From Candidatus Eiseniibacteriota bacterium (lineage in GTDB: Bacteria; Eisenbacteria; RBG-16-71-46; JABDJR01; JAWXBZ01): a stretch of 21,021 nt of DNA. The DNA lies in the NCBI GenBank assembly GCA_034440375.1, contig JAWXBZ010000014.1:1-21021 (forward strand), written 5' to 3'. The number at the start of each line of letters is the position of its first letter. The stretch's first letter is position 1. Below, one piece after another: positions 8,158-16,507 of this stretch. Position numbers and translations under genes: made by a program. The notes below the pieces were generated by a model. It saw only the letters and a list, made by a program, of their open reading frames with translations. It ran no database searches and was not told the DNA's origin.

Positions 8158-9498
8158 ATGGAGCCGCCTCCCGTCGCCACATTGAGTGACATCGCCGTCA
8201 TCGGGGCCGGGGCCGCCGGCTTCATGGCAGCGATTTCCGCCCGGGAGGCCGGGGCCAGCGTCACGCTCTACAACAGCCACGCGAAGTCGGGTCTGAAGAT
8301 CCTCATGTCCGGCGGGACGCGCTGCAATGTGACGCACGTCACCGTCGAAAACGAATCGTTCCATGGCGGATCACGGAATGCCATCGGCCTCGTCCTGAAG
8401 TCATTTCCGGCTGGCGAGGTCCGCCGCTGGTTCGAGACGCGCGGAGTGGCGCTCAAGGAAGAGCCCGGCGGCAAACTTTTCCCGGTCAGTGACTCCGCGC
8501 GGACGGTGGTGGCGATGTTTGAGGCCGAACTTGACCGCCTCGGCGTGAGGCGGCTTTCCGGTCATCCCGTCACGCGGGTTGACCGCGAGGGCTATGCCTT
8601 CCGTATCGAAACGGCCGCCGGCACCGATGCGGCGCGGGCCGTCATCCTGACGACCGGCGGCCATTCCTATCCCAGGACCGGCAGCGATGGCTCGGGTTAT
8701 CGCCTGGCGGCCTCGCTGGGGCACACCATCGAACCGACAACGCCGGCGCTCACGCCGCTTGTCCTGTCGGGCGGCGCCTTACTGGAGCTTCAGGGACTGA
8801 CGCTCCCGGCAGCCCTGACGCTGCGTATCGACGGACGTCGAGTCGTCACCCGGGCCGGATCGCTCCTCGTCACGCACTTCGGTCTTTCGGGGCCGGCGGC
8901 CCTCGACATGAGCCGGCACTGGCTCCGGGCGCCGGCCGGAGCGGACCGGCGGGTTTCCGTTCACTGGCGCCCGGGCCCGGCAGATCCACTGGCCGACGGC
9001 GGAGGGCTCCGCAACCCGGCCGCTGCCGAGCGGGCGGGCGGCCTGCCGGACATCGGCGCCATTGAGTTGGAATGGTTGTCGCTGGCGGCGGCCGAACCGC
9101 GACTCACCGTAGCCGGTTGGCTGGGCCGTTCGATTCCCGCGCGCCTGGCTCGCGAACTGATCGAGGCCTCGGGACTCGCGACGGGGACGATCCTGACGCA
9201 GGTGCCGAAAATTGCCCGCCGACAGCTGATTGGACTGGTCACCGATTTCCCGCTCGACGTTGTCGATACGAAGGGGTACGCACGGGCGGAGGTGACCGCC
9301 GGCGGCGTGCCACTTGCGGAAATCGATCCCCGGCGCATGATGTCGCGCCGAACTCCCGGGTTCTTCCTGGCGGGGGAGGTGATTGGTGTCGACGGGCGGC
9401 TGGGGGGGTACAACTTTCAGTGGGCCTGGAGCAGCGGGCGCCTGGCCGGAATCGAGGCCGCGCGGTGGGTCAGGGGCGAATCGCCAGCCCCACGCTGA
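8158..9498 (+). CDS. HI0933/YhiN/BaiN-family NAD(P)/FAD-dependent oxidoreductase
   Basis: VIGAGAAGFMAA, GLKILMSGGTRCNVT, GKLFPVSDSA, TGGHSYPRTGSDGSGY, THFGLSGPA, AEVTAGGV, AGEVIGVDGRLGGYNFQWAWSSG. Confidence 0.93.
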   Translation: MEPPPVATLSDIAVIGAGAAGFMAAISAREAGASVTLYNSHAKSGLKILMSGGTRCNVTHVTVENESFHGGSRNAIGLVLKSFPAGEVRRWFETRGVALKEEPGGKLFPVSDSARTVVAMFEAELDRLGVRRLSGHPVTRVDREGYAFRIETAAGTDAARAVILTTGGHSYPRTGSDGSGYRLAASLGHTIEPTTPALTPLVLSGGALLELQGLTLPAALTLRIDGRRVVTRAGSLLVTHFGLSGPAALDMSRHWLRAPAGADRRVSVHWRPGPADPLADGGGLRNPAAAERAGGLPDIGAIELEWLSLAAAEPRLTVAGWLGRSIPARLARELIEASGLATGTILTQVPKIARRQLIGLVTDFPLDVVDTKGYARAEVTAGGVPLAEIDPRRMMSRRTPGFFLAGEVIGVDGRLGGYNFQWAWSSGRLAGIEAARWVRGESPAPR

Positions 9499-10138
9499 AA
9501 TCGAACTGACTGACCAGCGAATTGCCCGCCTGGACGTAGCAGAACTCCGGCGTCTGGCACACGATCGTTGAACCATCATCTGGTGGCGTGGAAAAGGTGC
9601 CCCGCACCGTGAACTTGAGGCCAACCTGCCGGCTGATATCCGTGCGAAGCCCGCCTGAAAGATTGAAGGAGAAGCGGGTCTGGCTGTCGACTGCCGCAAC
9701 CTCCGGGTCGAGACGGTTGGCACCCAGGCCAATCCCCACGAACGGGCGCGAGCCATCCAATCCGTGCTCGTACAGGCCGCCCAGGTAGAACCCCTGAATC
9801 AGGATGTTCGAAACGGGCAGGGCCTGCCCGCTGGCGGATGGTCGGAACTCCAGATCGGTGCTCTGCCGGGTATAGGTGAAATCGACGATCATGTCCGGCG
9901 ACGCGTGATAGCCAAGGCTCGCTCCAAACGAAACGCCTTCGGCCAAAACCAGTCGACCGCCCTCCACCTCGAACCGGCCACCGGCCCGGTAACCGCCGAA
10001 TGCGGTCAGCTCGAAGGGATGGGGTTCGCCGGCGGCCGCGAGAGCGGACGTCAGACCGAGCGCCGCGACAAAGGCGCCAAGAAAGCACGACCGGCGGAAC
10101 AACGGCCGGCGTGACGAATCGACGGGGAATCTCACCAT
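9470..10138 (-). CDS. Small outer-membrane beta-barrel protein (OMP_b-brl/porin-like)
   Basis: Signal peptide, then FELTAFGGYRAGG, FGASLGY, RPFVGIGLGA, RFSFNLSGGLR, and a C..C loop before the last strand QFDFSVGLAIRP; ATG 10138 lies 1 nt after the upstream TAA. Confidence 0.82.
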   Translation of the reverse strand: MVRFPVDSSRRPLFRRSCFLGAFVAALGLTSALAAAGEPHPFELTAFGGYRAGGRFEVEGGRLVLAEGVSFGASLGYHASPDMIVDFTYTRQSTDLEFRPSASGQALPVSNILIQGFYLGGLYEHGLDGSRPFVGIGLGANRLDPEVAAVDSQTRFSFNLSGGLRTDISRQVGLKFTVRGTFSTPPDDGSTIVCQTPEFCYVQAGNSLVSQFDFSVGLAIRP

Positions 10139-10139
10139 G

Positions 10140-10667
10140 TTATTCCGAGAGGACCCAGATCTCGACGCGCCGATCCTGCTCCATCTGCGCTGGCTGCTGC
10201 TTGTCACCCCTGGCCATGCTCGAACCATAGCTGGCCAGTTCCACCTGCCCCGCTGTCATCCCATGGGCGACCAGACAGCTTCGAATCGATTCGGCCCGCT
10301 TCATGGGCAGGCCACCGTCCGTCTCACTCATGTCAGTGAAGCCGATCAGGAGAACCTTCTTGACGTTCCTGCCGAGCAGATTCGTGGCCACCTCGCGGCA
10401 CACACCTTGCCCCTCGGGCCCGCTCTGCGTTGTGCCCGGGGCGAAAGTGATTTCGTTGACACGGTAGAGCGGCCTGACAGATGGCTGCGGCGTCGGCATC
10501 ACGGAGCGGTCCCAGGAGGTCGGGCTGGGCGAGATGATCTGGGATCCGGTCGGGCTGGGCGTGCTACCCGTCGTTTCAGCCATCGGGCCGTCGGATTTCC
10601 TGGAGCAACCGTTCAGGACGGTTGCGACAATCAGGGCCATGGCGGCCAGCGACAGGTGCCGATTCAC
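10140..10667 (-). CDS. OmpA-like (peptidoglycan-binding domain) lipoprotein
   Basis: AAGGAGG RBS before GTG 10667; lipobox VLNG-C; Pro/Ser/Thr linker; OmpA-C motifs LIGFTD..LPMKRAESIRSCL..SYG..DRRVEI. Confidence 0.85.
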   Translation of the reverse strand: MNRHLSLAAMALIVATVLNGCSRKSDGPMAETTGSTPSPTGSQIISPSPTSWDRSVMPTPQPSVRPLYRVNEITFAPGTTQSGPEGQGVCREVATNLLGRNVKKVLLIGFTDMSETDGGLPMKRAESIRSCLVAHGMTAGQVELASYGSSMARGDKQQPAQMEQDRRVEIWVLSE

Positions 10668-10727
10668 ATCGTCCTCCTTGCATGGGAAAGCGGAGCGGTC
10701 CGATCCTTTGTCCACCGGACGGTCGGT

Positions 10728-10756
10728 ACTATCGACGGAAATGGCCCGGACGTCAA
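10728..10756 (-). promoter_or_regulatory. Sigma70-type promoter for the OmpA-like/beta-barrel pair
   Basis: Minus strand reads TTGACG-N17-GATAGT, about 60 nt upstream of GTG 10667. Confidence 0.55.
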
Positions 10757-10780
10757 TTCCCGCGTGCCGGAAGAAGGGCC

Positions 10781-11893
10781 TCATCGGCTCGAACCACGCA
10801 TCGGCGTCCGTCCGTCGTAGCCGGTCAGTTCGGCGTAGCCGACTCCCCTCAGGGTCCGCCCCGCGCGTTGGCCGGCGATTTCAATGCTCCCCTCCCAGTA
10901 GAGGACGCCGGTCGATCCGGTGGTATCGAGTTCCTGTGCCGCCACGGTTGGTCGTGCCGTCAATGACAGGTCGATCGGCGGCACCTGGATCGTCCACTGC
11001 GCCGGATAGGTGGTGCCGGTACTGGGGCTGGTCCACGAGCCGGTTGCTTCGATCACGATCTCCTCACGTCGGAGCGGCCGCGTGTCGCCGTCGGCATCGA
11101 TCCAGGTGCCCGAGATCCAGTCACTGGCGGGGCCCGATCGGCTTCGGAGGCGATAGAGCATCAATTCGGAACGATCGTCCAGCTGAAGGCTGAACCAATC
11201 CCACCCGGCCAGCGTGGTGTCGAGATCGCTGGAGAAGAATTCATGGTCCATCCAAGACTGGCCGGTGACCGGCGTCGTGCGTTCCCCACGGGTCAACGAT
11301 CCCTGGGTCGTGAGTCGAGGCAATGAGTAATAGTACGACGCTTGGCCGTCCAGGGGCCCCTTCCGTGACAGACCATCCTCGCCGTGTCGCACCGGCGGCT
11401 TGTCGGGCGTCATTTCCAGATCGAGCCGCCAGTCGTCGCTGCCGGCGGTAAGGATGAAAGCCTCGCCGCGCCGCTCGGCGCGCCAGTCACCGCACCATAC
11501 GCGGAGATCCGTCGAATCAGAGCCGGCCATGCCGCCGATATCACGCCGGATTCGCTGTTCGTGATGGAAGGATCCGGCATCGATGTCGGTCAGCGCCACG
11601 TGAGCCGGGAAGAATTCGGCCGGCTTCCACCCGGCGAAACCGTGGCCCAGATCGGTTGGCTGGTCGGGAGCCCGACGGAAAAAGACAATCTCGTATCCGT
11701 AGCGGTGGCCGGCCGCTTCGAGATGTCCGGTCCAGTACCACCATTCCGTCTGGAATCCAGGGTGGGCCCCATGGTCACGCGGAAACGACCAGGTCCGGGG
11801 CCCCGCGACCGGGGTGAACCCCGCGACGGGGGTGGCCCCCGCGACCGATACCAGTACACAGCAATGAAGGAGAGTCCTCGCAAGTCGGGTCAT
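10781..11893 (-). CDS. AttH/CrtC-like secreted lipocalin-fold protein
   Basis: Signal peptide; FPRDHGAHPGFQTEWWYWTG, ASYYYSLPRL, WMDHEF, GWDWFSLQL, YWEG, GYAELTGY; ATGA-coupled to the permease. Confidence 0.9.
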   Translation of the reverse strand: MTRLARTLLHCCVLVSVAGATPVAGFTPVAGPRTWSFPRDHGAHPGFQTEWWYWTGHLEAAGHRYGYEIVFFRRAPDQPTDLGHGFAGWKPAEFFPAHVALTDIDAGSFHHEQRIRRDIGGMAGSDSTDLRVWCGDWRAERRGEAFILTAGSDDWRLDLEMTPDKPPVRHGEDGLSRKGPLDGQASYYYSLPRLTTQGSLTRGERTTPVTGQSWMDHEFFSSDLDTTLAGWDWFSLQLDDRSELMLYRLRSRSGPASDWISGTWIDADGDTRPLRREEIVIEATGSWTSPSTGTTYPAQWTIQVPPIDLSLTARPTVAAQELDTTGSTGVLYWEGSIEIAGQRAGRTLRGVGYAELTGYDGRTPMRGSSR

Positions 11894-14445
11894 TCGTAGT
11901 GCAGCGCCTCGGCGCCCCAGGTGGTGGCACCGATCCGGGCCGGGTACCAGCCGGCCAGTGCGGCGGCGACGAGCGTGACGAGGCACGTGGCGCTGATCAT
12001 GAGCCCCGGAAACTGATACAGGAAGCGCCAGCCGGTCGACTGGAACTGGATGACATGGACCAGCAGCAGCGAGAGGAGAGTCCCGGCTCCAAGGCCGAGC
12101 AGGACTCCGACCACCCCCATCGACGCCGCTTCCAGGATGAAGAGCCGGCCAATTTGCCGTCGCGTGGCGCCAATGGCACGCAGGAGCCCCAATTCGCGAC
12201 GGCGGTCGAGAATCGATGCCACCAGCGTGTTCACGATGCCCAGCACGGCGATGGCCAGGGCGATGACCTCCAGGGCATAGACGACGGCAAACGTGTTGTC
12301 CACGCTGGTCAGGATGCGCCGCCGCATCTCGCCATTCCCCGACACGAAAAGGCGCTGCGTGGCGCCGAAGCGGTCATCGATCGCGGTCCGGGCGCCTCCG
12401 ATCGAGGCGCCAGGCTCCAGGTAAAGATCGAAGGTATCAACCAGGTCATCGCCCCAGGCACCCCGGTAAGCCTCGCGATCCATGAAGACGGTGCCACTGT
12501 CGCTGGTGTAGTCGAGGATCACTGCGCCGACCCTGAGCCCGAGTGGTCCGGACGGTGTCGACAGCGTCAAGGAATCGCCGGCCGCGACGCCGAATTGATC
12601 GGCGAAGTTCTCCGACACGACGGCCCAGTCCGGGCCGGGCGGGCCTTCCATGCGGCTCCGAATGACCAGCGGATTGGAGGCTAGCCAGTCGACCAGTCCG
12701 AGACTGCCGATGGCGATCCCCTCGCCACGAAAGCGGGACTGGATCATCCGAAAGCTGTTCACGCTCGCCACGCCCGGAATCGTTCGCAGCGAATCGGCAA
12801 AGTCCATTGGCATCGAGACGTTGGTGGTGGCCGACTCGCCCGATCCTCCGGCAATGAGGATATCCGCCCGCACGGTGTTGGTGATCCAGACGACGATCGA
12901 ATGCTTGAACGAGTGGATCATCGTGGCCACACAGACGACCAGAGAGAGGCCGGTCATCAAGGCGGAAATCGAAAGGCTCGTCCGACCGATCGAGCGCCGC
13001 AGGTTGTCGGCGGCCAGCGTCCCCTCGATGCCGAACGTGGCGCCAAGGAAGGGCCGGATCAGCCGGCTGAACGTGAGGCAGACGAGTGGCGAGAGCGCCG
13101 CCGTGCCGAAGACGATGCCGAATCCCGCCAGGTAGCCGAAGATGGCCACGCCGTTCACCGGCCCGAGCCTTGACAGGAAGGCGGCTCCGGTGAAGAGCGC
13201 TACGGACAGGGCAACCAGCCACCCCAGCCGGGTCCGGTCGATGTCCCGGAAGGGGAGAGCCCGGACGGTGATGGCCGGCGGCATCGCCGCCCCCTCCCGA
13301 CCCGGGAGCCAGGCCGCCACGGTCGAAACGACCACTCCGAGAAGGGCGCAGGCCAGCAGCACCGGAAAGGGCAGCGGTACCTCGGTGGCTGATACCGGCA
13401 GGTAGGCCCGTCCCAGCGTGCTGGCAATGCCCAGCAGCGCGCCCCGGGCCAGGATGACACCGAGGACAAGGCCGAGCGCCGACCCGACCAGACCGTAGGC
13501 GAATCCTTCCAGCGTGAAGAGCCATGTCACCCGCCCGCGTGGCACGCCGAGCGCGCGCAGGATGCCGGTTTCGCGCCGGCGCTGCACCACCGCAATCGAC
13601 ATCGTGTTGTAGACGAGGAACAGCCCCACGAAGAGCGCCACCAGGCTCACCATCCGCAGATTCACCTGGAACGAAGCCAGGAGATCGATGGCCTGGGCGG
13701 CACGGGTGGCCGGCGGTTCCACGCCGATACCTTCCGGGAGGAGAGCGGCCAGCGCTTCGCTCAAGGCGGCGAGGCCGCGCGGATCGGTGGTGGACTTCCC
13801 ATTCCATTCCGGCGCCGGCACCAGGTCGATCCGGTCGAGCCGTCCCGGGCGGGCCATCAGAAACTGCGCGGCCCGGACATCCATGAGCAGGACCCGTCCG
13901 CCGAACGCATCGGCCAGGGATCCGCCCGACAGGATTCCTCCCACGCGAACGACTCGCGGGCCGCGGGCCGTCACCAGTGTCATCGGGCTTCCGACCGCGA
14001 GCTCCTGCTCGTCGGCGTAGAGCCGGGTGATCAGGACACGATCCGGCCGGGAAACCAGTTCGATCGGCTGCTCGATTTCGACGGTGTAGCCGCGGGGCGC
14101 GGCATCGCCCAGCAGGTCGACACCGAGGAGCAGGAGATTTCGTCCACTCTCCTCGTGCTCGAGGCTGGCCTCCAGGACCGGCAACGCGGCCGTGAGCCCC
14201 GGATGGTCGGCTACGAGAGCCAGCAGCGAATCGGGCAGCCCGCCTTCGTCGCCGCGGATGGCGAGCCGCGCCTTCCCCGCGATCTCCTCGACCATGACGG
14301 TCACGGATCGTGTCGTGGCCCGATTGGCCAGTTCGATGGCCAGGACCACCGCCACACCCAGCGCGATTCCGAGCAGTGTGATGAGGGTCCTCAATCGATC
14401 CGAGGTGATGCGTCGCCAGGCGGTGTAGTAAAGCAGTCGAAGCAT
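11890..14445 (-). CDS. FtsX/MacB-like ABC transporter permease with duplicated architecture (AttF/G-like)
   Basis: Two repeats of TM + periplasmic domain + TM block; motifs RRRETGILRALG and RRRELGLLRAIGA; start placed at MLRLLYY. Confidence 0.92.
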   Translation of the reverse strand: MLRLLYYTAWRRITSDRLRTLITLLGIALGVAVVLAIELANRATTRSVTVMVEEIAGKARLAIRGDEGGLPDSLLALVADHPGLTAALPVLEASLEHEESGRNLLLLGVDLLGDAAPRGYTVEIEQPIELVSRPDRVLITRLYADEQELAVGSPMTLVTARGPRVVRVGGILSGGSLADAFGGRVLLMDVRAAQFLMARPGRLDRIDLVPAPEWNGKSTTDPRGLAALSEALAALLPEGIGVEPPATRAAQAIDLLASFQVNLRMVSLVALFVGLFLVYNTMSIAVVQRRRETGILRALGVPRGRVTWLFTLEGFAYGLVGSALGLVLGVILARGALLGIASTLGRAYLPVSATEVPLPFPVLLACALLGVVVSTVAAWLPGREGAAMPPAITVRALPFRDIDRTRLGWLVALSVALFTGAAFLSRLGPVNGVAIFGYLAGFGIVFGTAALSPLVCLTFSRLIRPFLGATFGIEGTLAADNLRRSIGRTSLSISALMTGLSLVVCVATMIHSFKHSIVVWITNTVRADILIAGGSGESATTNVSMPMDFADSLRTIPGVASVNSFRMIQSRFRGEGIAIGSLGLVDWLASNPLVIRSRMEGPPGPDWAVVSENFADQFGVAAGDSLTLSTPSGPLGLRVGAVILDYTSDSGTVFMDREAYRGAWGDDLVDTFDLYLEPGASIGGARTAIDDRFGATQRLFVSGNGEMRRRILTSVDNTFAVVYALEVIALAIAVLGIVNTLVASILDRRRELGLLRAIGATRRQIGRLFILEAASMGVVGVLLGLGAGTLLSLLLVHVIQFQSTGWRFLYQFPGLMISATCLVTLVAAALAGWYPARIGATTWGAEALHYE

Positions 14446-14461
14446 CAGCCGGGACGCGACG

Positions 14462-15190
14462 TCATGTCGTGGCGGCCAGGCTGGTAACCCGGCGGTCGTC
14501 CGAGACGAGGCGTCCATCCCGGATCGTCACATGCCGGTCCGCCAGCGCGGCCACGTTCGGATCATGCGTGACCAGGACAAGTGTGAGCCCCTCCGCGCGT
14601 GCCGTGCTGGTGAGGAGTTCCATGACGGCCAGGGCGGTGACCGTGTCAAGATTGCCGGTCGGTTCGTCGGCCAGGAGCAGCGGCGCCTCCGACATCAGGG
14701 CCCGGGCGATGGCCACCCGCTGCATTTCACCGCCGGACAGCTCCTCCGGTCGATGCGTGAGCCGGTGGGAGAGCCCAACCCGTTCGAGCAGGTCGGTGGC
14801 ACGGCGTCGGACGTCCCGGTCACGGGCGCCGTCGAGCAGGCGGGGGAGGGCGACATTTTCCACGGCGGACAGTGTCGGCAGGAGGTTGTAGAACTGGAAA
14901 ATGATGGCCACCCGCCGCCGTCGTACTTCGGTCAGTGCATTGTCATCGAGGCCGGTCGTGTCGAGTCCATCGATGAGGATCCGCCCGGACGTGGGCCGAT
15001 CGAGGCAGCCGATCAGGTTGAGCAGCGTGCTCTTCCCCGAGCCCGACGGCCCCATGATGCTCAGGAATTCCCCGCGCGCCACTTCCAGGGAGAGCTGGTG
15101 AAGGGCCATAACTCCCTCGGCGCCCCGGGCATAAATCTTCCCGATCTGGTCGAGCTGGAGCATGGGGGCTCGGGACGGCGGCATGGTCAT
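14462..15190 (-). CDS. ABC transporter ATP-binding protein, LolD/MacB family (AttE-like)
   Basis: Walker A GPSGSGKS, signature LSGGEMQRVAIARAL, Walker B LLLADEPTGNLD, VTHD. Confidence 0.95.
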   Translation of the reverse strand: MTMPPSRAPMLQLDQIGKIYARGAEGVMALHQLSLEVARGEFLSIMGPSGSGKSTLLNLIGCLDRPTSGRILIDGLDTTGLDDNALTEVRRRRVAIIFQFYNLLPTLSAVENVALPRLLDGARDRDVRRRATDLLERVGLSHRLTHRPEELSGGEMQRVAIARALMSEAPLLLADEPTGNLDTVTALAVMELLTSTARAEGLTLVLVTHDPNVAALADRHVTIRDGRLVSDDRRVTSLAATT

Positions 15191-15691
15191 TGGAGTGTCG
15201 ACGTGGGCGATCGATCCGTCAAATGATCATCGCGGCCTGACGCGAACGACTCCCCCGTGTCGTCCACCCAGGTCTGCCTCCACCGGCCTGTTCCCGGCTC
15301 GAACCGGCCGGTTGTCCCTGCACCGTCTTCACGTCCCAGTCGCCGATCCAGAAATCGAGCTGGCGGTGACGTTCGTCATGGGCGCAGGGTCGCGCCTGCC
15401 GATCGCTTCGGCCCGGGTCAGGGCCAGGGCCGCCTCATCAACGAGACCCAGGCCGTGCAGGCATCCGCCGTAGCGGGCCCAGTGCCGGCCAACCTCCGGC
15501 GCGGCCACGGTCAATTCGCGGTAGATGGGCGCGGCATCGGCCCAACGACCGGCGGCGAACAGGCTGTCGGCCAGGAGGAGTCGATCGGCGTCCGGGGCAA
15601 GAGCCGCGTGACTGTCGGGTGTGCCCGGGCCGGTTGTCATCAAAACTCCGAGTGCCAAAAGCAGGAAAAGGCGATGGATCAGCGTCGTCAT
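15187..15691 (-). pseudogene. Fragmented gene for a secreted TPR + DFW.G.W beta-domain (DUF1579-like) protein
   Basis: GGAGA RBS and ATG 15691; signal peptide plus TPR-like helices in frame 1 (stop 15329). PCAHDERHRQLDFWIGDWDVKTVQGQPAG is in frame 2 (from 15389); GRWRQTWVDDTG is in frame 3 (W at 15282), which stops at 15187. Confidence 0.65.
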
Positions 15692-15794
15692 GGATTCTCC
15701 AGTTGAGGCAGCTGGTTGGTCCCGCGCTGGAATATAGTGGAGCCCCATCCTGTTCGCGAGAGCATGGGTGCGGTTCAGGGCCGGACGGTAACGT

Positions 15795-15822
15795 ATTTAC
15801 ATCGATTTACATGGTTTACAGT
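15795..15822 (+). promoter_or_regulatory. Tandem TTTACA repeats (OmpR/CpxR-type box) overlapping a promoter with -10 TACAGT
   Basis: TTTACA at 15796, 15806 and 15815; TACAGT at 15817-15822 ends 6 nt before ATG 15829. Confidence 0.55.
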
Positions 15823-15828
15823 ATCGGG

Positions 15829-16494
15829 ATGTCCATGGTGCCGAGGCTGCGACCACTTCTGTTTTTCCTGACATGGACATCAACCACGGAGACCGGTCAT
15901 GCCGTGGCCGCGGATATCCGGGGGCGCGTCGAAATCGTCCGACCGGCCTCGCATTCGCTCCATCCGAGTCCCGGTGAGCCCGGGGGGCTGGCCGCGGAAC
16001 TCGATACCCTGGCGGCCCGCATCTTCCTGCGTGGCCCTGAGATGGTGACGACTCGTCGGAGCGGACCAATCACCATTCAACGAACCATTCGAGATGGCGC
16101 GATCGTGCCCGCGTTCGAGATCATCCGCCTGGGCGACCGCGTGGTGATTACCAATCACGATTCCGTGCCGCGAAGAGTTTTTGTCTTCGCGCATGACCGC
16201 ACGCACCTCTTTGGCCCCATGGTGCCGGAGGCCACGGCCTCGATCGATGTCAGCCACTTTGGCACCGTGGAACTGTCGACCGATGCCCCGGGTGCGGTGC
16301 GTTCCCTTCTGTTCGTAGCAGAAAATCCATTCGTCGCCCGCGCCGGTCCGGATGGCCGATTCCTGATGGGAGGCGTGCCGCCGGGGGATTACCGTTTGAT
16401 TGCCTGGCGGCCGGGCGCATTCCTCGGCGAGCGTCTGGTTCAGCTCGCGTACAACGACTCGGCACTGGACGCGGGAACGATAGCCAGGCGGTAG
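15829..16494 (+). CDS. Exported MauL-like/cupredoxin-fold protein with a split carboxypeptidase-regulatory-like domain
   Basis: AVA-ADIRGRV, IVPAFEIIRLGDRVVITNHD, VAENPFVARAGPDGRFLMGGVPPGDYRLIAW match this family's layout; start could be 15811, 15829 or 15835. Confidence 0.72.
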   Translation: MSMVPRLRPLLFFLTWTSTTETGHAVAADIRGRVEIVRPASHSLHPSPGEPGGLAAELDTLAARIFLRGPEMVTTRRSGPITIQRTIRDGAIVPAFEIIRLGDRVVITNHDSVPRRVFVFAHDRTHLFGPMVPEATASIDVSHFGTVELSTDAPGAVRSLLFVAENPFVARAGPDGRFLMGGVPPGDYRLIAWRPGAFLGERLVQLAYNDSALDAGTIARR

Positions 16495-16507
16495 GCGAAG
16501 TTCCGGT

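Noticed and set aside
10518-10561. 14-bp direct repeat GGTCGGGCTGGGCG, copies 30 nt apart
   Set aside because: Only two copies, encoding PSPT in a lipoprotein linker; not a CRISPR repeat or a mobile-element end.
10781-11893. Calling this gene crtC (carotenoid hydratase)
   Set aside because: No carotenoid genes nearby; the ABC-coupled context fits the AttH-like subgroup.
12446-13807. 453-aa alternative-frame ORF inside the permease
   Set aside because: Arg/Pro/Gly-rich, with no recognisable motif; a frame artefact of GC-biased codon usage.
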